Positions 23,990 through 36,364 of a stretch of DNA of 52,237 bases are shown piece by piece. Source of the stretch: Octopus bimaculoides. Lineage: Eukaryota. Location: NCBI RefSeq assembly GCF_001194135.2, contig NC_068984.1, positions 44,588,101 through 44,640,337 of the forward strand, written 5' to 3'. The notes beneath the pieces are model-generated. The model saw nothing but the letters and a program-made list of their open reading frames with translations. It had not been told where the DNA came from and searched no databases. The stretch's first letter is position 1, and each line of letters starts with the position of its first letter. The translations under genes and the position numbers were made by a program.

Positions 23990-24900
23990 CGCAGAAAGGA
24001 AAATAACACTGACATCTCATTTTAACAGATATATCTACTAAAATTACATAAAGATATCTTGAAATACTAAAGAGTAAATTTCTTCAATAAAATCGCCATT
24101 GGCTTCAACCACGGCCTCCAGACGACTTCGGAGTCTTCTGCAACTTTTCTGGACGACCTCCTTGTCTAAGTTGGTGATGCTGTCATAATACTTGTCTTCA
24201 GTTCATCTTTGGTGTTATAAGGAGTTTTGCTGGTCTCTCGCTCAACTGCGCCCCACACATAATAATCAAGGGGGTTGCAGTCTGGAGAGTTAGGTGGCCA
24301 GATGTTAGGGATGATGTCGCAGAAATTGTCTGACAGCCATGACTGGGTTCTCTTGCTTGTGTGGCATGGTGCGAAATCCTGTTGCCAGACATAGAGTCTT
24401 CCAGCATCCACCCTCTTGATATATATATCCTTGCCTAGTTTCAGCTCGAAAGCGGCGACCGTGAAACCTCTTCTGATGTGGCATTTGGTAAATGAAGGAA
24501 TTTGATGCCGCTGCCCTCATTTGCGTTTCCTACTGCAAGTAGGTTCTTCCGGAACTCTAAACAAGAGGTGTAGATCTGTCAGTCATTTTGAGTGGAGATT
24601 GGAGATCTGTGGGCACTTGAAACCCAAGCTGTTGCACTATGAGTTCTTATATCCTGATAACAATGTTGGGATCATTGGCACTCTGCAGTGGCGTCTCGTT
24701 CTACTGTCTGTATAACTTTCAATGCCAAAATTTTGTACAAATCCTCCCAGGATTTTCCAGACGTATCTTTCATATCTTTCCCGCCTTTGTTCGAGGGAGT
24801 AGAGTCTTAACGTTTTCAGCCTCTCTCAATAGCTGACATGCTGCTTTGAGACGACCTTCTTTGTGATGCTTTGCAGGATTGCTTCGGGTTCTGCCATCAA
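23990..24900 (-). mobile_element. Decayed maT/DD37D-type Tc1/mariner transposon
   Basis: WQQDFAPCHTSKRTQSWL...WPPNSPDCNPLDYYVWG; 36 residues between the last two Asp, consistent with D37D less one codon. Boundaries approximate. Confidence 0.82.
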
Positions 24901-24934
24901 TTTTACACTGTTTGAAGACCATAGTTCGAAGTAG

Positions 24935-25145
24935 TAGTCTTAACGGCTGAGGACAAATGTCCTGCAGAGGACCATCATGAATTCTTGTTCTCTCGTTCTG
25001 AAAGTTCTAAGGATCCGACCGGCCAGCCACCTGCATTTTAATGCCAACTCAGTAATATGGATCTGGAAAGAGGCATCATTACTCATGTCAATGCTCAAAC
25101 AGGGCACGGATTTTGATTTAGGGATCACAATCCCTCCTGGGCCAG
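24935..25145 (-). mobile_element. CR1/L2-type LINE fragment (post-RT region)
   Basis: LSIDMSNDASFQIHI...KCRWLAGRILRTFRTRE..FMMVLCRTFVLSR resembles the DLG...H...GxIxRxF...YxxxVRP region. Confidence 0.7.
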
Positions 25146-26305
25146 TGTATCCTGTTTGTATTTCATTTAGCTTCGTGTGCTGGTAGCGCAGGGATTAGAA
25201 TTTTTCAGTATTAAACTGCATCATTATGTGGAAGTCCTTGTGACTGCATTTGTGCCCACCACTTATGGTGGTGTGTTTACATACGCGTAACTTAGTAGTG
25301 GTTCGGCAAAACATGGTGGGGTCGATTCGTTCTGCTAAATTTTTTCAAGGCGGTGCCCCAGCATGGCCACAGTCTCAGAGTGAACCAAATAAAAGATAAA
25401 AGATATACATGCATTTATGTTTGTGTGTGTGTGTGCATCATGCATCTTTAGATATATATAAATGTATATACAAATATGCATGTGTGTGTGTGTGTGTGTG
25501 TGTCTTTCAGCGAGAGGCAGCAGAACGGGCGCCTCGAACCGAAATATATTGAGGTCTTTTGTTTTAGCTAGGCTATGTTTCCATACTCTTCTTCTCTTTC
25601 TTTTCTATAAGATAAACAAAAAAAAAAAACCCCCAAAATTGGTGGACTTGCAATTGGAAGCAATGTACATGCATAATAAAGAAAATATGCACACAGATGT
25701 ACATGCTATACTTTCTTCACTTATTAAAGTAATATTCTATTTTCCAATGAAAATCCTAACCCAGTTTTGATCCTATTTGAGGTATTCAAATATTAAACGT
25801 ATCAAACTCACAAGTATTTTTTATGCAAATTTAATTCAATGAATTAAGATAGTATGGACGTAACGTAGACAAGTTCGATAACTCTAACTGTGCATATTTG
25901 TTGGAGTTACTTACCTTGTTATGTGCATGCGGTATGAGTATGTGTGTTTGTGTGTGTGTGTGTGCGTGTGTGCGTGCGTGCGTGTACTTGAAAATTTATA
26001 AATCTAACTGTGGTTTTGTTATTTTGCTCTTATCAAGCAGTCTATGATCAAAAAGTATTTCAGCTGTGACAAAAGCAATTTATCTAGATCTATGTAGACC
26101 ACAGCTTACAGATGATATTCTTCACTTTTCTTTTAAGATGATGGGACATAATTTGAAGAAAATTTTCGTCGCTATTTCTACGAAGTTGAGCAATCAGATA
26201 GAGGTTTCTGTATTTTATTTCCATTTAGCAGTTGTATGTATGTTTGTATGTATGTATGTACAGTGGATCGGGAACGAAATTTGCTTAGTGGGTGCAAACC
26301 AAGGT

Positions 26306-26341
<36 letters not shown>

Positions 26342-26429
26342 AAACGAGGCCGATTTTTTCCAATCTAAATATCAAAACATACACAGGTATGATAATATTT
26401 ATTATTATTGTATATGGAAAAGTAATGCT

Positions 26430-26830
26430 TCAAATCATTCCAAAAATGTTTCTATACTCGCTCATTTTGGCGATGAAGTTTTCCAAGAGGAGGTCCAAAG
26501 TGTTTTCATTGTACAAGTTTTTATGTACATGCATTAAGGTACCATGTATCAAACGATATTGCATCATTGTGATATGGAGTCAGATCTTCAAACAGCAAAG
26601 TGTGCTGAACATTCTCTCACTTGATGCAACAGACACAGGCTTGCAACATGAGGCCATGAGGACATCTTCATCACAAAGGCTGGTGCATAGTACTTTGAGA
26701 AGAACGGGGATTTGGTGAACAAAGTTCAATGCATTAGTGACCGTGAAAACTGTAGAGCCAATTTCTCGGCAGAGAACAGGGGGCAGAGTGTAGTTTCCAC
26801 AGTGTAGAAAATATACCAGGAGGGTCATTA
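26430..26830 (-). mobile_element. hAT transposase C-terminal dimerisation domain relic
   Basis: PVSVASSERMFSTLCCLKI*LHITMMQYRLIHGTLMHVHK...LDLLLENFI matches the ERSFSxLxxxKxxLRSTMxxxRL pattern. Confidence 0.75.
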
Positions 26831-27039
26831 AAGCTGAGAAAATCTTCCCATTCCAAAGGATCAGCCATCTAACACTGTTTCACTATGATCCGGCCTACGA
26901 ATAACGTTATGAATGCATGTCTTTTGGGGGTTCTTAAATGCTTCGTTTTTGCATTTGGTTTGCAAGATTCTGAACGTGAATTCGTGTGTTGAAATAAATC
27001 TTGTTGGGTCATTACGTCTTGGAGAGTCATTACGTTCGG

Positions 27040-27367
27040 TCTTGGAGGGTCATTACGTCAATAATGATAAACACACGCACTGGTTCAATATAACTTCTTT
27101 ATTGTTAATCAATCTGTTAAATATCTAAGCAACTAAATAATCGTTCGCTTGTTTAATGTGTTGGTTTTATCAATCGAGCGTTTGTTTGTTTGTCAAAATC
27201 CTTTCATCGCTTTACGCGATCTTATTACAGTAAACAAGCACGCTGAACAAACGATCGATTAATTAGTTAGTTGGGTTGACATTTGACTGATTGACTAATA
27301 ATAAAAAGTGATATTGAACCAGTGTGTGTGTGCTTATCATTATTGGCGTAATGACCCGCCCAAGACA
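27040..27367. mobile_element. MITE-like element with about 60-bp TIRs; partial related copy near 35400-35500
   Basis: TCTTGGAGGGTCATTACGTCAATAATGATAAACACACGCACTGGTTCAATAT matches the reverse complement of about 27310-27367. No TSD resolved. Confidence 0.65.
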
Positions 27368-28293
27368 CAAGTACTTCACAACTTTATGTTAATTCAACGG
27401 TACTTCAATATTTCAGTTGCTCGGACAAATGAAAACTAATGTCTAACATTCTGATAATCCATCCATCCATCCATCCATCCATCCATCCCGCCCCCCATCT
27501 ATCCATCCATCCATCCATCCATTCATTCATTCATTCATTCATATGCACGCGCGCACGCATGCATTGTTTAGTTGGAAAAAGAGCGGAATCTGGACAGATA
27601 CACATGAAAATCGGTACGAGACAATACATCAAATGAATAGTTCAAATGAAAGACCAAATCTTTGACTTAATCTTTAGTTCTTATCTGGTTTGAATTTCAA
27701 ATTGTCATTCTCATAATTTGACTGAAAAAAGAAAATTATTCTAACTACGATTAATTCTTCTTATGTAGCGTTCGACATTTCCGTCTGATGTTTGTCTGTA
27801 AAATTCATTATATATTTTTTCCTTAAATTATGAGTTTTACAATTTTATGTTTTTACCTGTTTCGTTGTTGTTTAGCCCAGTTCATACCGGATCGAGCAAA
27901 CCAAAAATCAAAGATTTTCCAGCTGCAGCTATCATATCCCCTTGTTCAGGCACAGTATAATTAGTACTTACCCAAAGCGTTGTATATTTAAGACTGTAAA
28001 GTAAAATTTAAAGACTTGACTGCTTTTTCTAGCAACGCGAGCAATTATATAGAAGTTCTCGATCTTACAGTTATCACTCGTGTATTTACAGAATCATTAG
28101 AGCATTGGAAAAACATCATGCACTATTTCTTTCGATTCTTTACGTTCTGAGTTCAAATCTCTCTGAAGTTAATTTTTGTCTTTTATCCTTTCAGTATCTA
28201 TAAAATAATGTACCAATCAAGTACCAGGGTCGATGATATTGACTATCCCTTTCCCTAAAACCTCAAGCCGTGTGCCAATGTTAGAAACAATAA

Positions 28294-28828
28294 CAGGTCG
28301 TCGTCGACTTACGAACTATCTGACTTACGACCCATCTGACTTACGACCTATCTGACTTACGACCAATCTGACTTACGACCTATCTGGCTTACGAACTATC
28401 TAACTTACGACCGATCGACTTCACGAGGATTGGCGCGCCAGCTCCCGGTAGCAATAACAAATAGTCCGGTTGAAATCTAATGGGTTTAATTTCTTCGAAA
28501 TTAACCCGTCTACGGATGAAGTCAGCTAATAAACGCTTCCCCTGGGTTTGGTTATCGATCGCCACTGTGTTGGATGACTATCCTGTCACGGAGACATCGA
28601 GGCAACCTCGTATTTGTTTATAAGACAACTGCTTGACACTCCGAAATTTTTGATTAACGCCAGAATAATAGTATAATACAGAATGCTGTGTGACTTTTAC
28701 CTGAGAATGTACTTAAGAATATAACAATATAAAACAAAGCTATGTAGGCCTATAGGCCGACTTACAACCAAATCGACTTACGACCAGTCAGTTGGAACTA
28801 ACTGTGTTCGTAAGTTGGCGACAACCTG
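28294..28828. mobile_element. Tigger/pogo-type MITE with an amplified 16-bp subterminal repeat
   Basis: TIR CAGGTCGTCGTCGACTTACGA / TCGTAAGTTGGCGACAACCTG, TA on the right; seven GACTTACGACCnATCT units at 28306-28416. Confidence 0.8.
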
Positions 28829-29309
28829 TATTTGACTATTTTAACTTCCGTTCCTTTAATTACGGTATTTGTTTCTCTCTCTGTGTTTTCCGATATATTA
28901 TTTTCTGTAATGTCTGTGGTTTTTAATAAGCTATAACAAAAATAAATAAAGTTTTACATAAAGTGTAACAGTCCTACATTTATTGCTGTTGACGCTTGTC
29001 ATGGCAAGTTTTGTTATGAGTTCGTCCGCTACTAGTTTCTTTTTTTTAATTTTATTATTCTCTATATTTCTCTGTACAACGGTTTCCATGACACATAAAC
29101 GCATTGTTTTTACGTTTATATTCTTCACTGCTAATCACCTTCTCTTCGTCAACCCCGTTCTTCTTTCTTAATTGAAACTGTTTCACTGACGTCATTAATG
29201 CCTTTTGGGGGTGGAAAAGAATAAATATTTGAACTCCTCTAAAGAAGGTTGTTTGCAAGGATGTGTGGTTTGTATATATTTTTTCTATGAATGCTGCTAC
29301 TTTTTTATG

Positions 29310-29662
29310 GTCATTATTGTTGTTGGCACTCCGTCGCTTACGACGACGAGGGTTCCAGTTGATTCGATCAACGGAACAGCCTACTCGTGAAATTAACGTG
29401 CAAGTAGCTGAGTACTCCACAGACACAGCGTGACACAGTGTGACAAGGCTGACCCTTTCAATTACAGGCACAACAGAAACAGGAAGTAAGAGTGAGAGAA
29501 AGTTGTGGTGATAGAGTACAGTAGGGTTCGCCACCATCCCCTGCCTCGTGGAGCTTTCGGTGTTTTCGCTCAATAAACACTCACAACGCACAGTCTGGGA
29601 ATCGAAACCGCGATCCTATGACCGCGAGTCCGCTGCCCTAACCACTGGGCCATTGCGCCTCC
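29310..29662 (-). mobile_element. tRNA-derived SINE, second family
   Basis: Head GGAGGCGCAATGGCCCAGTGGTTAGGGCAGCGGACTCGCGGTCATAGGATCGCGGTTTCGATTCCCAG has A and B boxes but no acceptor-stem closure; (CAA)n-like tail. Confidence 0.85.
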
Positions 29663-29876
29663 ATGGTCATTATTAGTAATCGAAGAATATAAAATTGATA
29701 AACAAATTCTTTTGTTTGTTTCTGTTTCTACTCGTGGCGAATGTATTCCAGAAAGCGGGGAGCAGAGGGAGAGAGAGAGAGAGAGAAAAAAAATTACTCA
29801 ATTTTTATTGTTTACGAGCGCGGGCGTGGTATGTGTGTGTGTGTGTGTGTCTAAGCCGACTATGAAAGGATGATAC

Positions 29877-30308
29877 TATAGGAAAGTTGGTTATACATCA
29901 TTAGATGTATAACTGACTTTCCTATATAAAATTAGAAATTAAACGGAACGCTGAACTCCAGACTANNNNNNNNNNNNNNNNNNNNNNNNNNNACTTAAAC
30001 AACATTTATTCAGGTGGTAAATATATACATCTTTAGCTCTTGTTGTTACAGCTTCTGTGTGTGTGAGCATAGTTGTTGGGACGTTGTTATGTAGATGTAA
30101 GCGAGCTGTCGAGTGTAAGTCCGAAAGATGGAGAGTGACAGCTAAACACGTAAAGAGACTGTCTCCAGAGTTGGAATGTTGGAGACACTGCTTGACACGT
30201 CCATGCTCATGGTCGGCCGACCGAGAAAGAGATAGAATAGAAGCGGGAACGCTTGCTTGTTTAATTCCACGCATGCGTGAGACTACGCATGCGCACGGCG
30301 TTACTACA
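29877..30308 (-). mobile_element. Solo LTR (gypsy-like), spanning a small gap
   Basis: Ends T(A)TAG...CTACA, i.e. TG..CA with one substitution; 4-bp TSD ATAC at 29873-29876 and 30309-30312; AATAAA on the minus strand. Confidence 0.72.
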
Positions 30309-30587
30309 ATACTAAAGCTGTGAAATCTTGCACGCATTAATTTCAACTCTTCTTATTAACAACTGCTCTGGCTATTCAAAGAAAACTTCAAATGCTGCGA
30401 CTTTTCTTGAAAATGAACAAAATTTGGTATCGTGATGCTATCAAGTACATGAAAAAAAAAATGGTGGGGTGGTTTAACCACCCCAATGGCCGACATGGTT
30501 GCTACATTAAGAGATGACGCTCTAGTTTTATCAACAATGCAAAGTGGCCAGCTGAATTTAGGAAGGAAAGGGAGAGCCTCTATAACC

Positions 30588-30846
30588 CAGGGGTTTTCTT
30601 GTCCGCAAGGACAAGACAGGGGTTCCGTAGACAGCAAATACTTTTTATGGGCAATTTGATTTTATATACGTTTTTTATCGAAATCTTTTAATTGACAAGA
30701 AACCTATTTGTTAAATACTGTTAAATAAATAAATGCAAAAATATATGTTATTTCAAGCAAATATTTATGTATAAATTTCATAAGCGTTTATAAGGTAAAG
30801 CCTGAAATATAAAGGGTCCGCAAGTCAAAAAGTTTGAAAACCCCTG
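30588..30846. mobile_element. hAT MITE, 259 bp
   Basis: TIR CAGGGGTTTTC / GAAAACCCCTG; TSD CTATAACC at 30580-30587 and 30847-30854. Confidence 0.92.
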
Positions 30847-31467
30847 CTATAACCCAACGTCTGGACGTCATGCAACTGCCACCATCGAGGAAAACATTGA
30901 CCGTTTATTAGCATGTCTTGTGTTATTATTCGATGTTTAAGGTTAGTGGGTAGCGGTGGAACATAAACGCGATCTTTTACATATTCCCACTAGAAAAAAA
31001 AAACAAAAAAAAAATCACACACAGTGGATCACACCGATTGATTGTTTATGACTAAAAATATAAACTGAGGAAAATTTAGCTGTTAATGCTAGCAGGTCGA
31101 GATACTACACCTGTAGTTTTCTATTGTTATTGTTTAGCCATATGACAGCTCTGATAAAGTAAGCAGTCCTTTGAGTAAATGCACTCCAACCAATTGGCGG
31201 TTTAAAGAGGATTTGGTTACTATTTCTATCTGATCGAGCGTTATGTAAAGGATCCGTTGCCAGGACTGTTGTTGACGGTACTGCTTTTTCTTTTCATTTC
31301 TTTTTCTTCTTTTCTTTATTTGGCTCATATCAAGTTAACAGCCTATGGTGCATACGGCAGTCACATACGAGATACAGTGAGTTGAAAAACTTCGAAACCC
31401 AAGATTATCTTGCAACATGACAACAAAAACTTCCTCTAGGTGGGCTTAAAATCTACAAAAAATAATC

Positions 31468-32037
31468 GGATCTATTTTAAAACGGGGGCCACATTTTTCA
31501 TTAATGTTTTACGTAGTGTTTTTGGTACCGACAGACTTTCAAACTTCGTATACTTATCTATTTTGTGTTATAGAACAGAAAAATATTTTTGTATTCGAAT
31601 TTATTTCATGTAAAAAATTGTCTTATTTCGATAATTTCAACCAATCACTGACAAGTATTCAGTTGTTTATATTTACTCCTTTGGCTGATTAAGCGATGTA
31701 AAGCGTATTTAATCTCCATACCTTCGTTTTATTTGCTTTTTTCATTTTAAATTTGCTTTAACCCTAACCCTAACCCTAGGGTTAGGGTTAGGGTTAATTG
31801 TTTCAGAATCGTTTGTTTATGTAGTCGGCACTTAATGTATATCGGCTGAATGGACGTCAGTGATTGGTTGAAATTACAGAAATACGACAACTTTAACATG
31901 GAATAAGTTATGGATTTCTTTTTTTTTTTTAAGAAGACTAAGAGAAAAAGATGTTTTATATGACACATTCTACCAGTGTTCCAAGTTTCAAAGTGTTTCG
32001 TTAATGAAAAATGTGGCCCCCGTTTTAAAAAAGATCC
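31468..32037. mobile_element. 570-bp GG-terminated MITE (probable Merlin) with a central telomeric palindrome
   Basis: About 37-bp TIR GGATCTATTTTAAAACGGGGGCCACATTTTTCATTAA; perfect 8-bp TSD AAATAATC at 31460-31467 and 32038-32045; internal inverted pair TTTCAACCAATCACTGAC / GTCAGTGATTGGTTGAAA. Confidence 0.87.
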
Positions 32038-33085
32038 AAATAATCAAGAAAGGAAGATATCGTTAGTAATATCATCAGCTGATCAATTCTTTTATAAAAT
32101 AATGGCAAACACCCTTACAGGTGGATTTTGTGTTTGCAGAGCTGTTATGGTATCGAATAATATGCTTCGTGGCATTTGTTATCACTCTCTTTATTCTGAG
32201 TTCAAATCCCGCCAAGGTCAATTTAGGCTTTCATTATTTCGGTGTTGATAAAAACAAAAAGTACCAACTCAGAGCAGTGGTTTGGCGGAAGTGTAAGAAC
32301 GTCAAATCGGCTGCCTTGCAGTATTAGTTCCAGTTCTTAGCGTTCTGAGTTCGAAACTTGCCATCACCTGCTTAGGTGGTAGACTTCCTCCGTCGCCCAG
32401 TTTTATATCCCCCGATAGACCTTGGGTGTATTTAACGGAGTCTACTCCGTTCAAACATTCGACGGTCTTCCATCGTCTTAAGGCAGGGGTATACTGGGCA
32501 GTTACCTAGAGGCCTCAGAACCCTAGGAGCTTAATTATGATCTATGTATGCTGTGACTTGCGGTCAATAAATAAATATTATAGGATCCAATGCATTGATG
32601 AGCTCAGTGACCATTAATACTACTAAGACAACCCTGGTCAGGTCTTCGGTTTGATGGTAACTTTATACCTCCTACAGATACCGGTGGCTTCCAAAGGGTC
32701 TTGGATGCTGCCTAGAATCTCACTTTTGTAAATAATGTGACGGAAATCTTCAATTACAAAGGTTGTCCTTAAAATTCTTTCAAACTTCTTAGTTAGGATT
32801 CCATCCTAATTAAAAGGTTAAAAAATTATATGGACATTCTGTTAATCGAAGATTTTTTGTTTCGTTATTTATGTATTTGAGACACTACCAAATGTATATT
32901 TAGCAAACAAAATGCTCTATCGGAATACTTCCTCTTCAAAATTGTTGTTGATATTCTCAACCAATGGTATATGGCCAGTCTGTCAAACTAATTTGTGATA
33001 TGATAAAATATTAAATTCTGTGACCAAGTTTAAGTTTTAGCTGAAGCCACTGTCTGATACGCGCGTGCGTGCGTGCATGTGTGTG

Positions 33086-33117
<32 letters not shown>

Positions 33118-33267
33118 TGCGTATGTGCACGTGTGTATCCGTATGTGTATGCATGTGTGTAAGGAATTCCATTAGGATGACAGAGTGATTTAAAAAAGAT
33201 ATGTAAAATATAATTTATTTTGACAGCATACTTTTCTGTTTGTAAATATGTTTTCTCTCTCTCTCTT

Positions 33268-33297
<30 letters not shown>

Positions 33298-33298
<1 letters not shown>

Positions 33299-33467
33299 TT
33301 AGTAATAATTATAAAGAGTATGGTGACTTGTTCATCCTCAAAATATATTTACTCTTACTTTACAATTACGTGTAGGTCTTAATAATATGCTGTATATAAT
33401 TGTTAAATGAGAGAAAATAAGTTTCGAGGATGAACAATTCTCCATACTCTTTATAATTATTACTAAT
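33298..33467. mobile_element. MITE-like inverted repeat with about 45-bp arms
   Basis: ATTAGTAATAATTATAAAGAGTATGG..TTGTTCATCCTC and its reverse complement at about 33425-33467. Confidence 0.65.
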
Positions 33468-33639
33468 ATATATTCCAGGTAATGTTACAGTCCAGCGAAG
33501 CGAACACGGAGTCACCCATTGGAAGAATTCAAAGAGACTGACAACTAATAGTAGTCACAGATGTTAAATACTGACCGATATGGTTAGCTGCAAACTGGAA
33601 CTTAACTGAGAGGTACCGCGGTATCCGCCCGTATAATAC

Positions 33640-34236
33640 ACCCCACCAAACTCACACACGCTTTGCAACGTTTGTTTTTGAAAGTAGTAATTTTCTAATT
33701 GCAGCCTTCACGTGAAATCTGGCTTTGTGCAGCTCCCGGCGAACAGTTTTTGTGGAAACTGGGTTCTCGAGGTGGTCATTAAGCTCTGCAGTAATTTTGG
33801 GAGCTGTACTTTTGCGATCCTTTCTAACAATTCATGTTAGAGTCCGACGATCCCTATCTGAAAGTCTTAGTTTTCTTCTGGAGTTTTGTTTCGACGAGGA
33901 GATTTTTCCCTCTTTCTCAAAAGCTGTCATTACTTTTGGGGCAGTACTTCTTGATACACCAAACATTTCGGCTGTTTTCGTTACGCTAGCGCCTGCCATA
34001 CGAGCATCAACAATTTGACCTCTTTGAAAGTCCGATGGATCTATCATTTTAATGAATTTTAGTTACCGTTTTCTGTTGATATCTGAAAAGAAACAGCAAT
34101 TTTAGCAAAACATATTAAGCAACACTAATAATAAATAAAAAACATAAGAATAAACAAGCTTTTGACGGTTTTATAGATATTTCAAAATTATGATGCTATG
34201 ATGCTAGGTGTTTCCATTATTTTGTTCAACCCCTGT
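33640..34236 (-). mobile_element. Tc1-like transposon 5' half (TIR and paired-like HTH)
   Basis: TIR CAGGGGTTGAACAAAATAATGGAAACACC on the minus strand; SDFQRGQIVDARMAGASVTKTAEMFGVSRST...LSDRDRRTL...TAELN...VSTKTVRRELH. Confidence 0.9.
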
Positions 34237-34554
34237 GTATATAATAAGGAGTCGTTGAAAACGGCCCTAATGAATTGACACCTGTACCTATTTGTTACTC
34301 TCTTATATTTTATTCACCTATCCTGGAATCTACGCTTCGTAAATATTATAGACAGTATTTCTAATGTAAAGTACATGTCCGAATAACTAAGAGCGGATTT
34401 CTTCACTCAGCTGGGTCTTATTATCTGCTTACGCTGCAAGAATATCGTGTGGACAGCACTTATGCACCGAGTCCGATATTCACTTAATATTGCTGAGTAT
34501 GCATGTTACTCAGACCTAATAAGGTGTCTCAATTTATGTACCTACTTCAACTGC

Positions 34555-34950
34555 GCAGGCGTGGCTGTGTGGTCAAAAGCTTGTTTCCCAACCACATGTT
34601 CCGGGTTCGATCCCACCGTGTGGTACCTTGGGCAAGTGTCTTCTACTATAGCCTCAGGCCGATCAAAGCCTTGTGAGTGAATTTGGTAGCTGGAAACTGA
34701 AAGGTGTGTGTGTATGTGTGTGTGTGTGTGTGTGTGCTTTTGTGTCTGTATTTGTCCCCTCACCATCGCTTGACAACTGATATTGGTGTGTTTATGTCCC
34801 CGAAACTTAGCAGTTCAGCATAAGTGATCAATAGAATAAGTACCAAGCTTATAACGAATAAGTGCTGGGGTCGATTTCTTCGACTAAAGGCGGTGCTCCA
34901 GCATGGCCACAGTCAAATGACTGAAATGTGTAAAAAAAAATAAAAGAATA
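34555..34950 (+). mobile_element. tRNA-derived octopod SINE, full length
   Basis: GCAGGCGTGGCTGTGTGG...GGGTTCGATCCCAC head, CCTTGGGCAAGTGTC core, (TG)n, conserved 3' domain, A-rich tail. Confidence 0.88.
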
Positions 34951-35579
34951 TATATATATATATATATACATACACACACACACACACAATTAAACCCCCA
35001 CTTTACGAGGAATCGCTTTAGGAGACCTCGGGTGTACGAGTTTTATTTTTCAAGCACAAGATCCAAATTTTGAACGACATGCTTCTGCGTGTTACTGAGA
35101 AATTTATAGAGAGCGAAAAAAAAAAACATCCGTTTAAGCAAACAACTCTAGACTTGTCTTTTAAGAAAGAAATCTACAAGTCCTTCTACGAGTGCTTGTG
35201 AATCGGCGGTTGCGTCTACAAGTGCAAGTCTAGTGCTAGTGAAAGTGACTCAGAAAACCAAGTATAATAATAATATCTTAATTTATAAATGATCATAAGG
35301 TTCTTTCTACTTCACATATAATATTCTTTACGCTATACTTCGTTTTATTTCCATTTATTTACGAATATCATAATAAACATAATATATCTCGTATGTGTAT
35401 TTGGTGTGCAAGATTCTTGATGTGAATACGTGTGCTGAAAGAAATACTATTAAACCTTGGGAGAGGCATTATGCCGGTAATAAACACACGCACTGGTTCG
35501 GTCCTTTATTTATTTATAAACAGTATTTAGTTGTTTTTTTTTTGTTAAGAAAGAAACGGAAGAAAGAAACGCATAATAT

Positions 35580-35785
35580 ATCTTTTTAGCATTTTCACCA
35601 GCCGTATGTGGCCAAAATATTCCACCTGCTTTATGTTCAAATTGGCCAGATGTGGCCTCTCACCCTAACGGTACAATACCATTCCAAAAATTAACAGTTA
35701 CTTCATCAAAATCTAAAAGCTATGAGATAATGCAAAACCATGTGAATAAATATTACTTTTAACAGAATAAAGTGAATACTAAAGG
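35580..35785. mobile_element. Decayed piggyBac-type MITE
   Basis: Degenerate ends TCTTTTTAGCATT / AATACTAAAGGG resembling CCCTTTAGCATT TIRs; TTAA target not preserved. Confidence 0.45.
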
Positions 35786-35941
35786 GATATACATACATAC
35801 ATAAATATATAGAGATACATAAATACATGCATATATATACATTATTAATAAATCATAGGGCAGCAAAAAAAATTTTAGAAATTTAATTTACCACCAGTGG
35901 TCCAGCGAGAATAAAAATTAGTCAATAGACTATAAATTATT

Positions 35942-36088
35942 CATTTAAAATACAGAGATGCCTATAATAGGACATTTTATTTTTCATTCTCTTTCGAAAT
36001 TATCCCTATTTTTGTGGTATAGAGTTTTTTTTGCTTCTCTTTCTAACGGATTAGATGTCCTATTATAGGCATCTCTGTATTTTAAATG
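35942..36088. mobile_element. 147-bp element with perfect 34-bp terminal inverted repeats
   Basis: CATTTAAAATACAGAGATGCCTATAATAGGACAT (35942-35975) is the exact reverse complement of 36055-36088. Confidence 0.75.
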
Positions 36089-36101
36089 CATATATATACA
36101 C

Positions 36102-36140
<39 letters not shown>

Positions 36141-36314
36141 TATATAATACATACATACACACACACACATATATATAAATAAACCCGTATGTTTGTGTTT
36201 ACATATATATTATGCGCTTTTTAACTTATGTTTGTGTATGTTCTCCACCCGGCCTTACAATTGGTGCTGGTTTGTTTACGTCTCTGTAGCTTAGCAGTTT
36301 TGGCAAAAATAAAA

Positions 36315-36364
<50 letters not shown>

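Larger units (their letters stand above)
29850..30910 (+). mobile_element. Decayed mariner (same family as 12082-12880) interrupted by a solo LTR and a hAT MITE
   Basis: Removing the two insertions restores collinearity with 12100-12420. Confidence 0.8.

Noticed and set aside
28306-28416. CRISPR-like regular repeat
   Set aside because: Units are directly adjacent with no unique spacers, lie within a eukaryotic MITE, and no cas genes are present.
29590-29662. Possible tRNA gene on the minus strand, and similar heads at 34555 and 39644
   Set aside because: A and B boxes are present but there is no acceptor-stem closure or terminator, and each continues into a SINE body.
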